From contig CAKZTQ010000021.1 of assembly GCA_937921735.1 (NCBI GenBank), positions 1 to 58,432 of the forward strand: a DNA stretch of 58,432 bases, read 5' to 3'. The notes beneath the pieces were generated by a model. The model was given only the letters and a program-made list of their open reading frames with translations, ran no database searches and was not told where the DNA came from. Made by a program: the position numbers and the translations under genes. The stretch is from an uncultured archaeon (GTDB taxonomy: Archaea > Hadarchaeota > Hadarchaeia > Hadarchaeales > Hadarchaeaceae). This document shows positions 58,030 through 58,432 of the stretch, one piece after another. Positions within the stretch are counted from its first letter, which is position 1; each line of letters starts with the position of its first letter.

Positions 58030-58230
58030 CGCCACCGGGCGTACTTGGGCTGAAAGGCTAAAATAGGTTGCCCCCGCCTAAGTCGCCCATGCGCTATTTC
58101 GTCCCTGACAGGCACCGTCGGAAAAGTGATCGAATGCGCATAACCTGTCCAATTAACCTTTCAATTGTCACTTTCTGGGCACCCTCACTGAACCTAAGTT
58201 ATTGCAGTTAACGGTTCCCTTTACATCGCA
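58030..58230 (+). promoter_or_regulatory. Putative CRISPR leader (shared with the thrS upstream region)
   Basis: AT-richer non-coding stretch directly before repeat 1. Confidence 0.55.
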
Positions 58231-58432
58231 CTTTCAATCCTCACTTTACGAGGCCACCTACTGAAACCGGCCGGCTGGAGGTCAGCGGCAGCGGCCCCGA
58301 GCCTTTCAATCCTCACTTTACGAGGCCACCTACTGAAACCCTCAAGCTCGTGGGGGTGAGGTGGCGGTGGCTGTCTTTCAATCCTCACTTTACGAGGCCA
58401 CCTACTGAAACGTACTCGGCGAAGGTGACCGA
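58231..58432 (+). CRISPR. CRISPR array, truncated by the window end
   Basis: Three identical 37-bp repeats CTTTCAATCCTCACTTTACGAGGCCACCTACTGAAAC at 58231, 58303 and 58375; two 35-bp spacers and a partial third. Confidence 0.96.

Noticed and set aside
35563-58115. Many long antisense or alternate-frame ORFs (e.g. 36876-37772, 38124-38963, 51022-52011, 55988-56839)
   Set aside because: Low-complexity Arg/Ala/Ser-rich translations opposite well-supported genes, expected at high GC
58268-58432. Self-targeting spacers within the window
   Set aside because: Only short chance matches were noticed; no full protospacer, though the search was not exhaustive

Overview
Archaeal chromosomal window, supported by archaeal-type ThrS, GGGP synthase, eL40, eS26, TIP49, BHB-intron tRNAs and an archaeal RNase P RNA; the lineage cannot be fixed from sequence alone. 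(1) Left end: a PRTase-like gene, an Lhr helicase, and a three-gene operon whose products look like a minimal SMC5/6-type complex (617-aa hinge-less SMC, Nse4/ScpA-like kleisin, Nse1/Nse3-like KITE), with a divergent unknown gene. (2) A tRNA-Ala/tRNA-Ile insertion hotspot with an att-like 13-bp repeat around a DenV-like glycosylase and an ABC pseudogene. (3) An ~18-kb AT-rich catabolic island: ECF transporter, two tungsten AOR-family enzymes, three amidohydrolases, ureohydrolase, DHODH-like, F420-type LLM, KARI-like, DUF1152 and glycerate kinase. Several of these have altered active-site motifs, suggesting an uncharacterised nucleobase/N-heterocycle degradation pathway. (4) Housekeeping DNA: TIP49, a sulfur/homocysteine cluster, a triple-intron initiator tRNA-Met, nrdD, a DAP lysine cluster with a class-III aminotransferase but no dapL/dapF/ddh, nnr, rpl40e, GGGPS, rps26e, RNase P RNA, porCDAB, hypF, serK, MFS, nitroreductase and thrS. 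(5) The leader end of a CRISPR array at the right edge. All family calls come from motifs recognised by eye; no searches were run.
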